Source of the DNA: Escherichia coli 042
Lineage (GTDB): Bacteria > Pseudomonadota > Gammaproteobacteria > Enterobacterales > Enterobacteriaceae
NCBI RefSeq assembly: GCF_000027125.1
Contig: NC_017626.1
Length of the DNA: 64,000 bases
Strand: one strand, 5' to 3'
This document shows, in pieces, positions 11,190 to 21,191 of the stretch. Below the pieces are notes generated by a model. It was not told the DNA's origin, did no database searches, and was given only the letters and a program-made list of their open reading frames with translations. The number at the start of each line of letters is the position of its first letter. Within the stretch, counting starts at the first letter, position 1. The position numbers were made by a program, and so were the translations under genes.

Positions 11190-11531
11190 TCATGCCGGGC
11201 GAAACAAACGCATTTGACCAAACAAGCAGACAAAAAAGGCGATAGGGTAGATCACCATTTCATAAGCATTGATAGGTGCGTTTAAAACACCGATAAACAA
11301 GAGACCGATAGTGATTAACGCAACTAACTGGCAGATGTGGGTAAAAAAATCATCCAGTTGCCCGAGTTTTTCTGCGCGAAGATATGCATAGTTGCCAAAA
11401 GTTGCCGTCATTAACACGCCAAGAAAATAGCCTTTTCCACTTAACAATGGGCATGAGATCCATAGCCCAAGCAGATAAACCAGCGCCCCGACAACAAATA
11501 ATATTTTTGCCACAGTCTTTGAGGTTTTCAT
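11190..11531 (-). CDS. yiaB: Inner membrane protein YiaB
   Basis: 113 aa from MKTSKTVAKILFVVGALVYLLGLW; paralogous to yiaA half; track ORF over-extended by 14 codons. Confidence 0.85.
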   Translation of the reverse strand: MKTSKTVAKILFVVGALVYLLGLWISCPLLSGKGYFLGVLMTATFGNYAYLRAEKLGQLDDFFTHICQLVALITIGLLFIGVLNAPINAYEMVIYPIAFFVCLFGQMRLFRPA

Positions 11532-11698
11532 AACGATCTCCATATCTACCAGCGATACATTACGAGTAACCAACGAAAGACAAAACTGAAAAATGCCATT
11601 AACAAATGATTTCAGAATAAATTCATACTAAATATTAATTAATTACTGATATATATAGATGTGAATTATCCCCCACCCGGTCAGGCAGGGGATAACGT

Positions 11699-13153
11699 TT
11701 ACGCCATTAATGGCAGAAGTTGCTGATAGAGGCGACGGAACGTTTCACGTCGTGGCTGATAAGCGGCATAACGCTGCGCATCTGGTAGATGCGACTGTTC
11801 TAACGGCAGTTGCGGCAACAACTCAATGAGCGATTTCTCTGGATTCGCCGCAATCTGCGCCAGCCTTGCTGCGCCCAGAGCTGGCCCCACATCCCCCCCC
11901 GTGCGGTAATCGAGTTGCTGACCGCTGATATCCGCCAGCATCTGACGCCAGTACTCACTACGCGCCCCGCCACCAATCAACGTAACACTTTGCGGTTTAA
12001 TGCCGCAGCCATGCACGACATCCATGCCATCTGCCAGCGCATAACCCACACCTTCCAGCACTGCTCGCGCCAATTCATTGGGGCCATGTTGATGAGTCAA
12101 ACCAAAGAACCCCCCCTTCGCCTGGGGATTATTGTGTGGTGTACGCTCGCCGGAAAGATAAGGCAGAAACCAAACTGGCTCGGCACTTTCATCAGCCTGT
12201 TGAGCAGCCGCGATTAAAGCTGGGACATTGTTCAGGCCCGTTAATTTCGCAGCCCAATCCAGACACGACGCTGCACTCAGCATCACAGACATTAAATGCC
12301 AACGCTGCGGTAGCGCATGGCAAAAGCTGTGTACGGCGCTTTCTGGCTTGCTTAAGAACCCTTCGCTGACAGCAAAATAGACTCCCGACGTCCCCAGCGA
12401 TAACATTGCCTGATTAGCATCAACCATTCCTACACCAACCGCACCAGCTGCATTATCACCACCGCCTGCGACAACTGGCACCGCCGCCATACCCCACGCT
12501 TTCGCAACTTCAGGTAGCAAAGCACCAGTAATTTCGCTGCCTTCGTATAATGCGGGCATCTGGTCACGAGATAAGTGGCAAGCCTGCAGCATGTCGTCAC
12601 TCCAGTCACGCTTTGCGACATCCAGCCACATGGTGCCAGCTGCGTCAGACATATCGCTGGCAAACTCCCCCGTCATACGCAGACGCAAGTAATCTTTCGG
12701 TAACAATACTTTGTCGATTTGACGGAATATCTCCGGCTCATGCCGCTGCACCCATAGCAATTTAGGCGCAGTAAATCCGGGCATCATCAGGTTACCGGTA
12801 ATCACCCGCGATTGCGGAACTCGCGCTTCCAGCAAAGCGCACTCTTGCGCACAGCGCCCGTCGTTCCACAAAATGGCAGGGCGTAATAACCGTTGCTGGG
12901 CATCCAGTAAGGTTGCACCGTGCATCTGGCCGGCAATACCCAATGCTTTAACGTCCTGCAGAGAATGCTGATCGCCCAGGGCTTTCATTGCGCGATCAGT
13001 TGCCTGCCACCACTGTTCCGGGTCTTGTTCCGACCAGAGTGGATGCGGGCGCGAAACGGTCAGCTTTTCCGTTTGCGAAGCAACCACCTCACCCTGCTCG
13101 TTGAGCAAAATAACTTTTACGCCCGAGGTGCCAAGATCTATCCCGATATACAT
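11699..13153 (-). CDS. xylB: Xylulokinase
   Basis: 484 aa MYIGIDLGTSGVKVILLNEQGEVVA...; FGGY carbohydrate kinase. Confidence 0.97.
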   Translation of the reverse strand: MYIGIDLGTSGVKVILLNEQGEVVASQTEKLTVSRPHPLWSEQDPEQWWQATDRAMKALGDQHSLQDVKALGIAGQMHGATLLDAQQRLLRPAILWNDGRCAQECALLEARVPQSRVITGNLMMPGFTAPKLLWVQRHEPEIFRQIDKVLLPKDYLRLRMTGEFASDMSDAAGTMWLDVAKRDWSDDMLQACHLSRDQMPALYEGSEITGALLPEVAKAWGMAAVPVVAGGGDNAAGAVGVGMVDANQAMLSLGTSGVYFAVSEGFLSKPESAVHSFCHALPQRWHLMSVMLSAASCLDWAAKLTGLNNVPALIAAAQQADESAEPVWFLPYLSGERTPHNNPQAKGGFFGLTHQHGPNELARAVLEGVGYALADGMDVVHGCGIKPQSVTLIGGGARSEYWRQMLADISGQQLDYRTGGDVGPALGAARLAQIAANPEKSLIELLPQLPLEQSHLPDAQRYAAYQPRRETFRRLYQQLLPLMA

Positions 13154-13224
13154 ATCGATCGTTCCTTAAAAAAATGCCCGGTATCGCTACCGATAACCGG
13201 GCCAACGGACTGCACAGTTAGCCG

Positions 13225-14547
13225 TTATTTGTCGAACAGATAATGATTTACCAGATTTTCCAGTTGCTCCTGGCGACCACTCTGATGCACCGGAGACAAA
13301 TTGTGTTCCTGAGCATATTTGGCTAAATCTGCCAGTGACATTTGGCCTTTCAGGATTTGCTGGCCTAATTCGCTATTCCAGCCGGAATAACGCTGCGCGA
13401 TGCGTTTATCCAGCTCGCCATCTTCAATCATGCGTGCTGCAATTTTCAGCGCCAACGCCATCGTATCCATCGCGCCGATATGACCGTAAAACAGATCATA
13501 TTTATCAGTACTTTGACGACGTACTTTGGCATCGAAGTTCAGACCGCCGGTGGTGAAACCGCCTGCTTTGAGAATTTCATACATCACCAACGCATTCTCT
13601 TCCACACTGTTCGGGAACTGGTCGGTGTCCCAGCCCAGTTGTGCATCGCCACGGTTAGCGTCGACAGAACCGAACAGGCCAAGCGCAATGGCGGTGGCTA
13701 TTTCATGATGGAAAGAGTGACCTGCCAGCGTCGCGTGGTTAGCTTCAATGTTCAGTTTAATCTCTTTTTCCAGACCAAACTGTTTCAGGAAGCCATACAC
13801 CGTCGCAGCATCGTAATCATATTGATGTTTAGTCGGTTCTTGCGGTTTCGGTTCGATAAGCAACGTACCCTGGAAGCCGATTTTATGTTTATGCTCAACC
13901 ACCATTTGCATAAAGCGGCCCAGCTGTTCACGCTCCTGACGCAAGTCGGTATTTAACAACGTTTCGTAACCTTCACGACCGCCCCACAGGACATAGTTTT
14001 CACCGCCCAATTTATGGGTTGCTTCCATCGCTGTAACAACTTGCGTTGCCGCCCAGCTGAAGACTTCTGGATCTGGGTTCGTCGCCGCACCCGCGCCGTA
14101 GCGAGGGTTTGTAAAGCAGTTAGCGGTTCCCCACAGCAGCTTCACGCCGCTCTCTTCTTGCTTGCCTGCCAGGACATCAACCATTTGCGCAAAATTATTG
14201 ATGTACTCTTTTAACGACGCGCCCTCAGGGGAAACATCCACATCGTGGAAGCAATAAAATGGCACATGTAACTTGTGGAAAAACTCAAATGCGACATCTG
14301 CTTTACGCTTCGCCAACGCCAGTGCCTCACCAGGCTGCTGCCACGGACGATTAAACGCCCCCACACCAAACATGTCCGCCCCGTTCCAGCAGAAGGTGTG
14401 CCAGTAGCAGGCGGCAAAACGCAAGTGCTCTTCCATACGCTTGCCCAACACCAGTTCGTCGGGATTATAGTGATGGAATGCTAACGGGTTAGAGGATTTT
14501 GAGCCTTCATAACGAACGCGATCGAGCTGGTCAAAATAGGCTTGCAT
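13225..14547 (-). CDS. xylA: Xylose isomerase
   Basis: 440 aa from [31 protein letters not shown]; track ORF begins 4 codons upstream. Confidence 0.97.
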   Translation of the reverse strand: MQAYFDQLDRVRYEGSKSSNPLAFHHYNPDELVLGKRMEEHLRFAACYWHTFCWNGADMFGVGAFNRPWQQPGEALALAKRKADVAFEFFHKLHVPFYCFHDVDVSPEGASLKEYINNFAQMVDVLAGKQEESGVKLLWGTANCFTNPRYGAGAATNPDPEVFSWAATQVVTAMEATHKLGGENYVLWGGREGYETLLNTDLRQEREQLGRFMQMVVEHKHKIGFQGTLLIEPKPQEPTKHQYDYDAATVYGFLKQFGLEKEIKLNIEANHATLAGHSFHHEIATAIALGLFGSVDANRGDAQLGWDTDQFPNSVEENALVMYEILKAGGFTTGGLNFDAKVRRQSTDKYDLFYGHIGAMDTMALALKIAARMIEDGELDKRIAQRYSGWNSELGQQILKGQMSLADLAKYAQEHNLSPVHQSGRQEQLENLVNHYLFDK

Positions 14548-14912
14548 ATTGAACTCCATAATCAGGTAATGCCGCGGGTGATGGATGATGTCGTAATATT
14601 GGGCACTCCCTTTCAGTTGCTCAATTATGTTATTTCACACTGCTATTGAGATAATTCACAAGTGTGCGCTCGCTCGCAAAATAAAATGGAATGATGAAAC
14701 TGGGTAATTCCTCGAAGAGAAAAATGCAATAAGTACAATTGCGCAACAAAAGTAAGATCTCTGTCATAAATCAAGAAATAAACCAAAAATCGTAATCGAA
14801 AGATAAAAATCTGTAATTGTTTTCCCCTGTTTAGTTGCTAAAAATTGGTTACGTTTATCGCGGTGATTGTTACTTATTAAAGCTGTCCTCTACCTACAGA
14901 AGGCCCTACACC
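14548..14912. promoter_or_regulatory. Divergent xylAB / xylFGH(R) promoter region (expected XylR and CRP sites)
   Basis: 365 bp AT-rich intergenic region between divergent xylA and xylF; individual sites not resolved by eye. Confidence 0.6.
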
Positions 14913-15905
14913 ATGAAAATAAAGAACATTCTACTCACCCTTTGCACCTCACTTCTGCTTACCAACGTTGCGGCACACGCCAAAGAAGTCAAAATAGGTA
15001 TGGCGATTGATGATCTCCGTCTTGAACGCTGGCAAAAAGATCGAGATATTTTTGTGAAAAAGGCAGAATCTCTCGGCGCGAAAGTATTTGTACAGTCTGC
15101 AAATGGCAATGAAGAAACACAAATGTCGCAGATTGAAAACATGATTAACCGGGGCGTCGATGTTCTTGTCATTATTCCGTATAACGGTCAGGTATTAAGT
15201 AACGTTGTAAAAGAAGCCAAACAAGAAGGTATTAAAGTATTAGCTTACGACCGTATGATTAACGATGCGGATATCGATTTTTATATTTCTTTCGATAACG
15301 AAAAAGTCGGTGAACTGCAGGCAAAAGCCCTGGTCGATATTGTTCCGCAAGGTAATTACTTCCTGATGGGCGGCTCGCCGGTAGATAACAACGCCAAGCT
15401 GTTCCGCGCCGGGCAAATGAAAGTGTTAAAACCTTACGTTGATTCCGGAAAAATTAAAGTCGTTGGTGACCAATGGGTTGATGGCTGGTTACCGGAAAAC
15501 GCATTGAAAATTATGGAAAACGCGCTAACCGCCAATAATAACAAAATTGATGCTGTAGTTGCCTCAAACGATGCCACCGCAGGTGGGGCAATTCAGGCAT
15601 TAAGTGCGCAAGGTTTATCAGGGAAAGTAGCAATTTCCGGCCAGGATGCGGATCTCGCAGGTATTAAACGTATTGCTGCCGGTACGCAAACTATGACGGT
15701 GTATAAACCTATTACATTGTTGGCAAATACTGCCGCAGAAATTGCCGTTGAGTTGGGCAATGGTCAGGAACCAAAAGCAGATACCACTCTGAATAATGGT
15801 CTGAAAGATGTTCCCTCCCGCCTGCTGACACCGATCGATGTGAATAAAAACAACATCAAAGAAACGGTAGTTAAAGACGGATTCCACAAAGAGAGCGAGC
15901 TGTAA
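14913..15905 (+). CDS. xylF: D-xylose ABC transporter periplasmic binding protein
   Basis: 330 aa from MKIKNILLTLCTSLLLTNVAAHA (signal peptide); track ORF over-extended by 26 codons. Confidence 0.96.
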   Translation: MKIKNILLTLCTSLLLTNVAAHAKEVKIGMAIDDLRLERWQKDRDIFVKKAESLGAKVFVQSANGNEETQMSQIENMINRGVDVLVIIPYNGQVLSNVVKEAKQEGIKVLAYDRMINDADIDFYISFDNEKVGELQAKALVDIVPQGNYFLMGGSPVDNNAKLFRAGQMKVLKPYVDSGKIKVVGDQWVDGWLPENALKIMENALTANNNKIDAVVASNDATAGGAIQALSAQGLSGKVAISGQDADLAGIKRIAAGTQTMTVYKPITLLANTAAEIAVELGNGQEPKADTTLNNGLKDVPSRLLTPIDVNKNNIKETVVKDGFHKESEL

Positions 15906-15982
15906 GCGTTACGCCCCGGCGAGGAGCGGGGGCGTGATTTCTCTCCATGCCGCGTGAATGAATTGGCTTAGGTGGAGTCGTT

Positions 15983-17524
15983 ATGCCTTATCTACTTGAA
16001 ATGAAGAACATTACCAAAACCTTCGGCAGTGTGAAGGCGATTGATAACGTCAGCTTGCGGTTGAATGCTGGCGAAATCGTCTCACTCTGTGGGGAAAATG
16101 GGTCTGGTAAATCAACGCTGATGAAAGTGCTGTGTGGTATTTATCCCCATGGTTCCTACGAAGGCGAAATTATTTTTGCGGGAGAAGAGATTCAGGCGAG
16201 TCACATCCGCGATACCGAACGCAAAGGTATCGCCATTATTCACCAGGAATTGGCCCTGGTGAAAGAATTGACTGTGCTGGAAAATATCTTCCTGGGTAAC
16301 GAAATAACCCACAATGGCATTATGGATTATGACCTGATGACACTACGCTGTCAGAAGCTGCTCGCACAGGTCAGTTTATCCATTTCACCCGATACCCGCG
16401 TTGGCGATTTAGGGCTTGGGCAACAACAACTGGTTGAAATTGCCAAGGCACTTAATAAACAGGTGCGTTTGTTAATTCTCGATGAACCGACAGCCTCATT
16501 AACTGAGCAGGAAACGTCGGTTTTACTGGATATTATTCGCGATCTACAACAGCACGGTATCGCCTGTATTTATATTTCGCACAAACTCAACGAAGTCAAA
16601 GCGATTTCCGATACGATTTGCGTTATTCGCGACGGTCAGCACATTGGTACGCGTGATGCTGCCGGAATGAGTGAAGACGATATTATCACCATGATGGTCG
16701 GGCGAGAGTTAACCGCGCTTTACCCTAATGAACCACATACCACCGGAGATGAAATATTACGTATTGAACATCTGACGGCATGGCATCCGGTTAATCGTCA
16801 TATTAAACGAGTTAATGATGTCTCGTTTTCCCTGAAACGTGGCGAAATACTGGGTATTGCCGGACTCGTTGGTGCCGGACGTACCGAGACCATTCAGTGC
16901 CTGTTTGGCGTGTGGCCCGGACAATGGGAAGGAAAAATTTATATTGATGGCAAACAGGTAGATATTCGTAACTGTCAGCAAGCCATCGCCCAGGGGATTG
17001 CGATGGTCCCCGAAGACAGAAAGCGCGACGGCATCGTTCCGGTAATGGCGGTTGGTAAAAATATTACCCTCGCCGCACTCAATAAATTTACCGGCGGTAT
17101 TAGCCAGCTTGATGACGCGGCAGAGCAAAAATGTATTCTGGAATCAATCCAGCAACTCAAAGTTAAAACGTCGTCCCCCGACCTTGCTATTGGACGTTTG
17201 AGCGGCGGTAATCAGCAAAAAGCGATCCTCGCTCGCTGCCTGTTACTCAACCCGCGCATTCTCATTCTTGATGAGCCTACCAGGGGTATCGATATTGGCG
17301 CGAAATACGAGATCTACAAATTAATTAACCAACTCGTCCAGCAGGGTATTGCCGTTATTGTCATCTCTTCCGAATTACCTGAAGTGCTCGGCCTTAGCGA
17401 TCGTGTACTGGTGATGCATGAAGGGAAACTAAAAGCCAACCTGATAAATCATAACCTGACTCAGGAGCAGGTGATGGAAGCCGCATTGAGGAGCGAACAT
17501 CATGTCGAAAAGCAATCCGTCTGA
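15983..17524 (+). CDS. xylG: D-xylose ABC transporter ATP-binding protein (duplicated ABC domains)
   Basis: 513 aa with two Walker A motifs ([18 protein letters not shown]) and LSGGNQQK signature. Confidence 0.96.
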   Translation: MPYLLEMKNITKTFGSVKAIDNVSLRLNAGEIVSLCGENGSGKSTLMKVLCGIYPHGSYEGEIIFAGEEIQASHIRDTERKGIAIIHQELALVKELTVLENIFLGNEITHNGIMDYDLMTLRCQKLLAQVSLSISPDTRVGDLGLGQQQLVEIAKALNKQVRLLILDEPTASLTEQETSVLLDIIRDLQQHGIACIYISHKLNEVKAISDTICVIRDGQHIGTRDAAGMSEDDIITMMVGRELTALYPNEPHTTGDEILRIEHLTAWHPVNRHIKRVNDVSFSLKRGEILGIAGLVGAGRTETIQCLFGVWPGQWEGKIYIDGKQVDIRNCQQAIAQGIAMVPEDRKRDGIVPVMAVGKNITLAALNKFTGGISQLDDAAEQKCILESIQQLKVKTSSPDLAIGRLSGGNQQKAILARCLLLNPRILILDEPTRGIDIGAKYEIYKLINQLVQQGIAVIVISSELPEVLGLSDRVLVMHEGKLKANLINHNLTQEQVMEAALRSEHHVEKQSV

Positions 17525-18683
17525 AGTGAAATTGGCCGTACCGACATCCGGTGGCTTTTCCGGGCTGAAGTCACTGAATTTGCAGGTCTTCGTGATGATT
17601 GCAGCTATCATCGCAATCATGCTGTTCTTTACCTGGACCACCGATGGTGCCTACTTAAGCGCCCGTAACGTCTCCAACCTGTTACGCCAGACAGCGATTA
17701 CCGGCATCCTCGCAGTAGGAATGGTGTTCGTCATAATTTCTGCTGAAATCGACCTTTCCGTCGGCTCAATGATGGGGCTGTTAGGTGGCGTCGCGGCGAT
17801 TTGTGACGTCTGGTTAGGCTGGCCTTTGCCACTGACCATCATTGTAACGCTGGTTCTGGGACTGCTTCTCGGTGCCTGGAACGGATGGTGGGTAGCGTAC
17901 CGCAAAGTCCCTTCATTTATTGTCACCCTCGCGGGCATGTTGGCATTTCGCGGCATACTCATTGGCATCACCAACGGCACGACTGTATCTCCCACCAGCG
18001 CCGCGATGTCACAAATTGGGCAAAGCTATCTACCCGCCAGCACCGGCTTCATCATTGGCGCGCTTGGCTTAATGGCTTTTGTTGGCTGGCAATGGCGCGG
18101 AAGAATGCGCCGTCAGGCTTTGGGTTTGCAGTCTCCGGCCTCTACCGCAGTTGTCGGTCGCCAGTCATTAACGGCGATTATCGTCTTAGGCGCAATCTGG
18201 CTGTTGAACGATTACCGTGGCGTTCCCACTCCCGTTCTGCTGCTGACGTTGCTGTTACTCGGCGGAATGTTTATGGCAACGCGGACGGCATTTGGACGAC
18301 GCATTTATGCCATCGGCGGCAATCTGGAAGCAGCACGTCTCTCCGGGATTAACGTTGAACGCACCAAACTTGCCGTATTCGCTATTAACGGATTAATGGT
18401 CGCTATCGCCGGATTAATCCTCAGTTCTCGACTTGGCGCTGGTTCACCTTCTGCGGGAAATATCGCCGAACTGGACGCAATTGCAGCATGCGTGATTGGC
18501 GGCACCAGTCTGGCAGGCGGCGTCGGGAGCGTGGCTGGAGCGGTAATGGGGGCATTCATCATGGCTTCACTGGATAACGGTATGAGTATGATGGATGTAC
18601 CGACCTTCTGGCAGTATATCGTTAAAGGTGCGATTCTGTTGCTGGCAGTATGGATGGACTCCGCAACCAAACGCCGTTCTTGA
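17502..18683 (+). CDS. xylH: D-xylose ABC transporter permease
   Basis: 393 aa polytopic permease; overlaps xylG end by 23 bp. Confidence 0.95.
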   Translation: MSKSNPSEVKLAVPTSGGFSGLKSLNLQVFVMIAAIIAIMLFFTWTTDGAYLSARNVSNLLRQTAITGILAVGMVFVIISAEIDLSVGSMMGLLGGVAAICDVWLGWPLPLTIIVTLVLGLLLGAWNGWWVAYRKVPSFIVTLAGMLAFRGILIGITNGTTVSPTSAAMSQIGQSYLPASTGFIIGALGLMAFVGWQWRGRMRRQALGLQSPASTAVVGRQSLTAIIVLGAIWLLNDYRGVPTPVLLLTLLLLGGMFMATRTAFGRRIYAIGGNLEAARLSGINVERTKLAVFAINGLMVAIAGLILSSRLGAGSPSAGNIAELDAIAACVIGGTSLAGGVGSVAGAVMGAFIMASLDNGMSMMDVPTFWQYIVKGAILLLAVWMDSATKRRS

Positions 18684-18760
18684 TTTTGATAAAAATTTTC
18701 TCAAAGCCGGTAACGTATTACCGGTTTTGAGTTTTTGCATGATTCAGCAGGAAAAGAACC

Positions 18761-19940
18761 ATGTTTACTAAACGTCACCGCATCACATTACTGTTCAATG
18801 CCAATAAAGCCTATGACCGGCAGGTAGTAGAAGGCGTAGGGGAATATTTACAGGCGTCACAATCGGAATGGGATATTTTCATTGAAGAATGATTTCCGCG
18901 CCCGCATTGATAAAATCAAGGACTGGTTGGGAGATGGCGTCATTGCCGACTTCGACGACAAACAGATCGAGCAAGCTCTGGCTGATGTCCACGTCCCTAT
19001 TGTTGGGGTTGGCGGCTCGTATCACCTTGCAGAAAGTTACCCACCCGTTCATTACATTGCCACCGATAACTATGCGCTGGTTGAAAGCGCATTTTTGCAT
19101 TTAAAAGAGAAAGGCGTTAACCGCTTTGCTTTTTATGGTCTTCCGGAATCAAGCGGCAAACGTTGGGCCACTGAACGCGAATATGCATTTCGTCAGCTTG
19201 TCGCCGAAGAAAAGTATCGCGGAGTGGTTTATCAGGGGTTAGAAACCGCGCCAGAGAACTGGCAACACGCGCAAAATCGGCTGGCAGACTGGCTACAAAC
19301 GCTGCCACCGCAAACCGGGATTATTGCCGTTACTGACGCCCGGGCGCGGCATATTCTGCAAGTATGTGAACATCTACACATTCCCGTACCGGAAAAATTA
19401 TGCGTGATTGGCATCGATAACGAAGAACTGACCCGCTATCTGTCGCGTGTCGCCCTTTCTTCGGTCGCTCAGGGCGCACGGCAAATGGGCTATCAGGCGG
19501 CAAAACTGTTGCATCGATTATTAGATAAAGAAGAAATGCCGCTACAGCGGATTTTGGTCCCACCAGTTCGCGTCATTGAACGGCGCTCAACAGATTACCG
19601 CTCGCTGACCGATCCCGCCGTTATTCAGGCCATGCATTACATTCGTAATCACGCCTGTAAAGGGATTAAAGTGGATCAGGTACTGGATGCGGTGGGCATA
19701 TCACGCTCCAATCTTGAGAAGCGTTTTAAAGAAGAGGTGGGTGAAACCATCCATGCCATGATTCATGCCGAGAAGCTGGAGAAAGCGCGCAGTCTGCTGA
19801 TTTCAACCACCTTGTCGATCAATGAGATATCGCAAATGTGCGGTTATCCATCGCTGCAATATTTCTACTCTGTTTTTAAAAAAGCATATGACACGACGCC
19901 AAAAGAGTATCGCGATGTAAATAGCGAGGTCATGTTGTAG
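18761..19940 (+). pseudogene. xylR: xylR (AraC-family xylose activator) interrupted by an apparent +1 frameshift after codon 43
   Basis: ATG 18761 opens MFTKRHRITLLFNANKAYDRQVVEGVGEYLQASQSEWDIFIEE then hits TGA at 18890-18892; the rest of XylR (DFRARIDKIKDWLGDGV... to ML*) continues in another frame from 18891 to 19940. Sequence reads gaagaaTgatttccgc where gaagaagatttccgc would restore the recalled protein. Confidence 0.7.
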
Positions 19941-19989
19941 CGATGATGAGAATTGTCGGCGTCACATCAGGTAACCCAGCACAACCACC

Positions 19990-20040
19990 TGATACGAGCA
20001 AAAGCCTTATCCGACTGACAAGTCGGATAAGGCTCGAGGA
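19990..20040. repeat. REP-like palindromic hairpin downstream of xylR
   Basis: Inverted repeat gccttatccgact / agtcggataaggc. Confidence 0.45.
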
Positions 20041-20047
20041 AATGCAA

Positions 20048-20872
20048 TTACATATGTGCCGCGATTAACCGTTGGTTATCCTGGTACATTGCGAACAGGT
20101 AGTTGTTATAACTCTTCCCTTTGGTCGAGTAGCCCTTCAGCTTGTGAATCATCGCTGTGGCAGTCACTTCCTGATCCGCTTTACGCAGCTGCGCACGCGA
20201 TTTACGGAACGAAGAGTAAGCCGGATGCGTATTCAGGTTAGTGACATAGGCGCTCACCGATTCTTTGACAGAACTAAACTGTGAGTACCCCTTCACTTTA
20301 CCCGGCGCATTAGTACAACGTCCTTTCATGCATTTCATGCCGAACAGATTGTTGTTGTTGCGCGCCAGCTTCGACGTTCCCCAACCGCTTTCTGCTGCAG
20401 CCATCGTCGCTACCATACTGGTGGGGATAATGTCTACGCGTTCAAGCAAGGTATTCCACGGGATTTTTCGCGTATTACCAGACCACTTCACCTTGTAGCG
20501 TTTGGCGATGTCTTTCAGACGCGCACGCTCAGCAGGTGACCATTGGCCCTGATACTGTTTTGAAATCAGCCAGTTACGTTCCGCAGTAATGGCCGCATTT
20601 TGGCTGGTAATGTAAGGCATTACAGTCCGGAGAAACGCCTTTTTCCTTGGTGTTCCGGAAGGGTATTTTCGCAAATCAGGAAGTGAACTACTCTTTGCAC
20701 TATTGCGAGAATACTCTTGTTTACTGCTTACCTGTTTATTACTAGCTTTAGTTAAGTGGGACTTTTGACTCGCTGTTGTTGTGTGCGTCTTCGCTAACAC
20801 CTCACTCGAAAACACCAGAGTGAGTAACATAAGAATCATCGCCCCATATCGTCGTATGGGAGTCAAAATCAT
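20048..20872 (-). CDS. bax: Bax protein (glucosaminidase-like, DUF)
   Basis: 274 aa MILTPIRRYGAMILMLLTLVFSSEVLA...; matches recalled Bax. Confidence 0.88.
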   Translation of the reverse strand: MILTPIRRYGAMILMLLTLVFSSEVLAKTHTTTASQKSHLTKASNKQVSSKQEYSRNSAKSSSLPDLRKYPSGTPRKKAFLRTVMPYITSQNAAITAERNWLISKQYQGQWSPAERARLKDIAKRYKVKWSGNTRKIPWNTLLERVDIIPTSMVATMAAAESGWGTSKLARNNNNLFGMKCMKGRCTNAPGKVKGYSQFSSVKESVSAYVTNLNTHPAYSSFRKSRAQLRKADQEVTATAMIHKLKGYSTKGKSYNNYLFAMYQDNQRLIAAHM

Positions 20873-21100
20873 CAGGTCTCCTGGTCGGATTTAATCATTC
20901 CAACACCTTATATTTTTTACAAATTTGAGAGTTGAATCTCAAATCATATCAAAAATAGCTGTCAAGAGCACCCCAAGGAATAGTCCAAATCTGAAACTAT
21001 GTCACGAGTTAACGATTCAGATTGGCGCTAAATCGCAGAAAATGTGGGGTTTATCGCAAAATTCAGCCGTTTTTTGCGCGCGATCGCTCACCCTTGCTTC

Positions 21101-21130
21101 TCATCCTGTGGACTTAACGCTCAGGGATGA
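21101..21130 (+). promoter_or_regulatory. Candidate MalT boxes upstream of malS
   Basis: GGATGA hexamers at 21125-21130 (forward) and 21101-21106 (reverse complement) ~60-90 bp upstream of malS ATG; malS is a MalT regulon member by established knowledge. Confidence 0.35.
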
Positions 21131-21191
21131 GTTTTGTCTGGCTTATCGCTGGCAAACTGTCTGAAATCGCAGCAATAAGGACTCATCCGCC

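Noticed and set aside
20925-21164. 79-aa plus-strand ORF in the bax-malS intergenic region
   Set aside because: Lies in the malS promoter region carrying the MalT-box-like hexamers; no RBS; more likely regulatory DNA.
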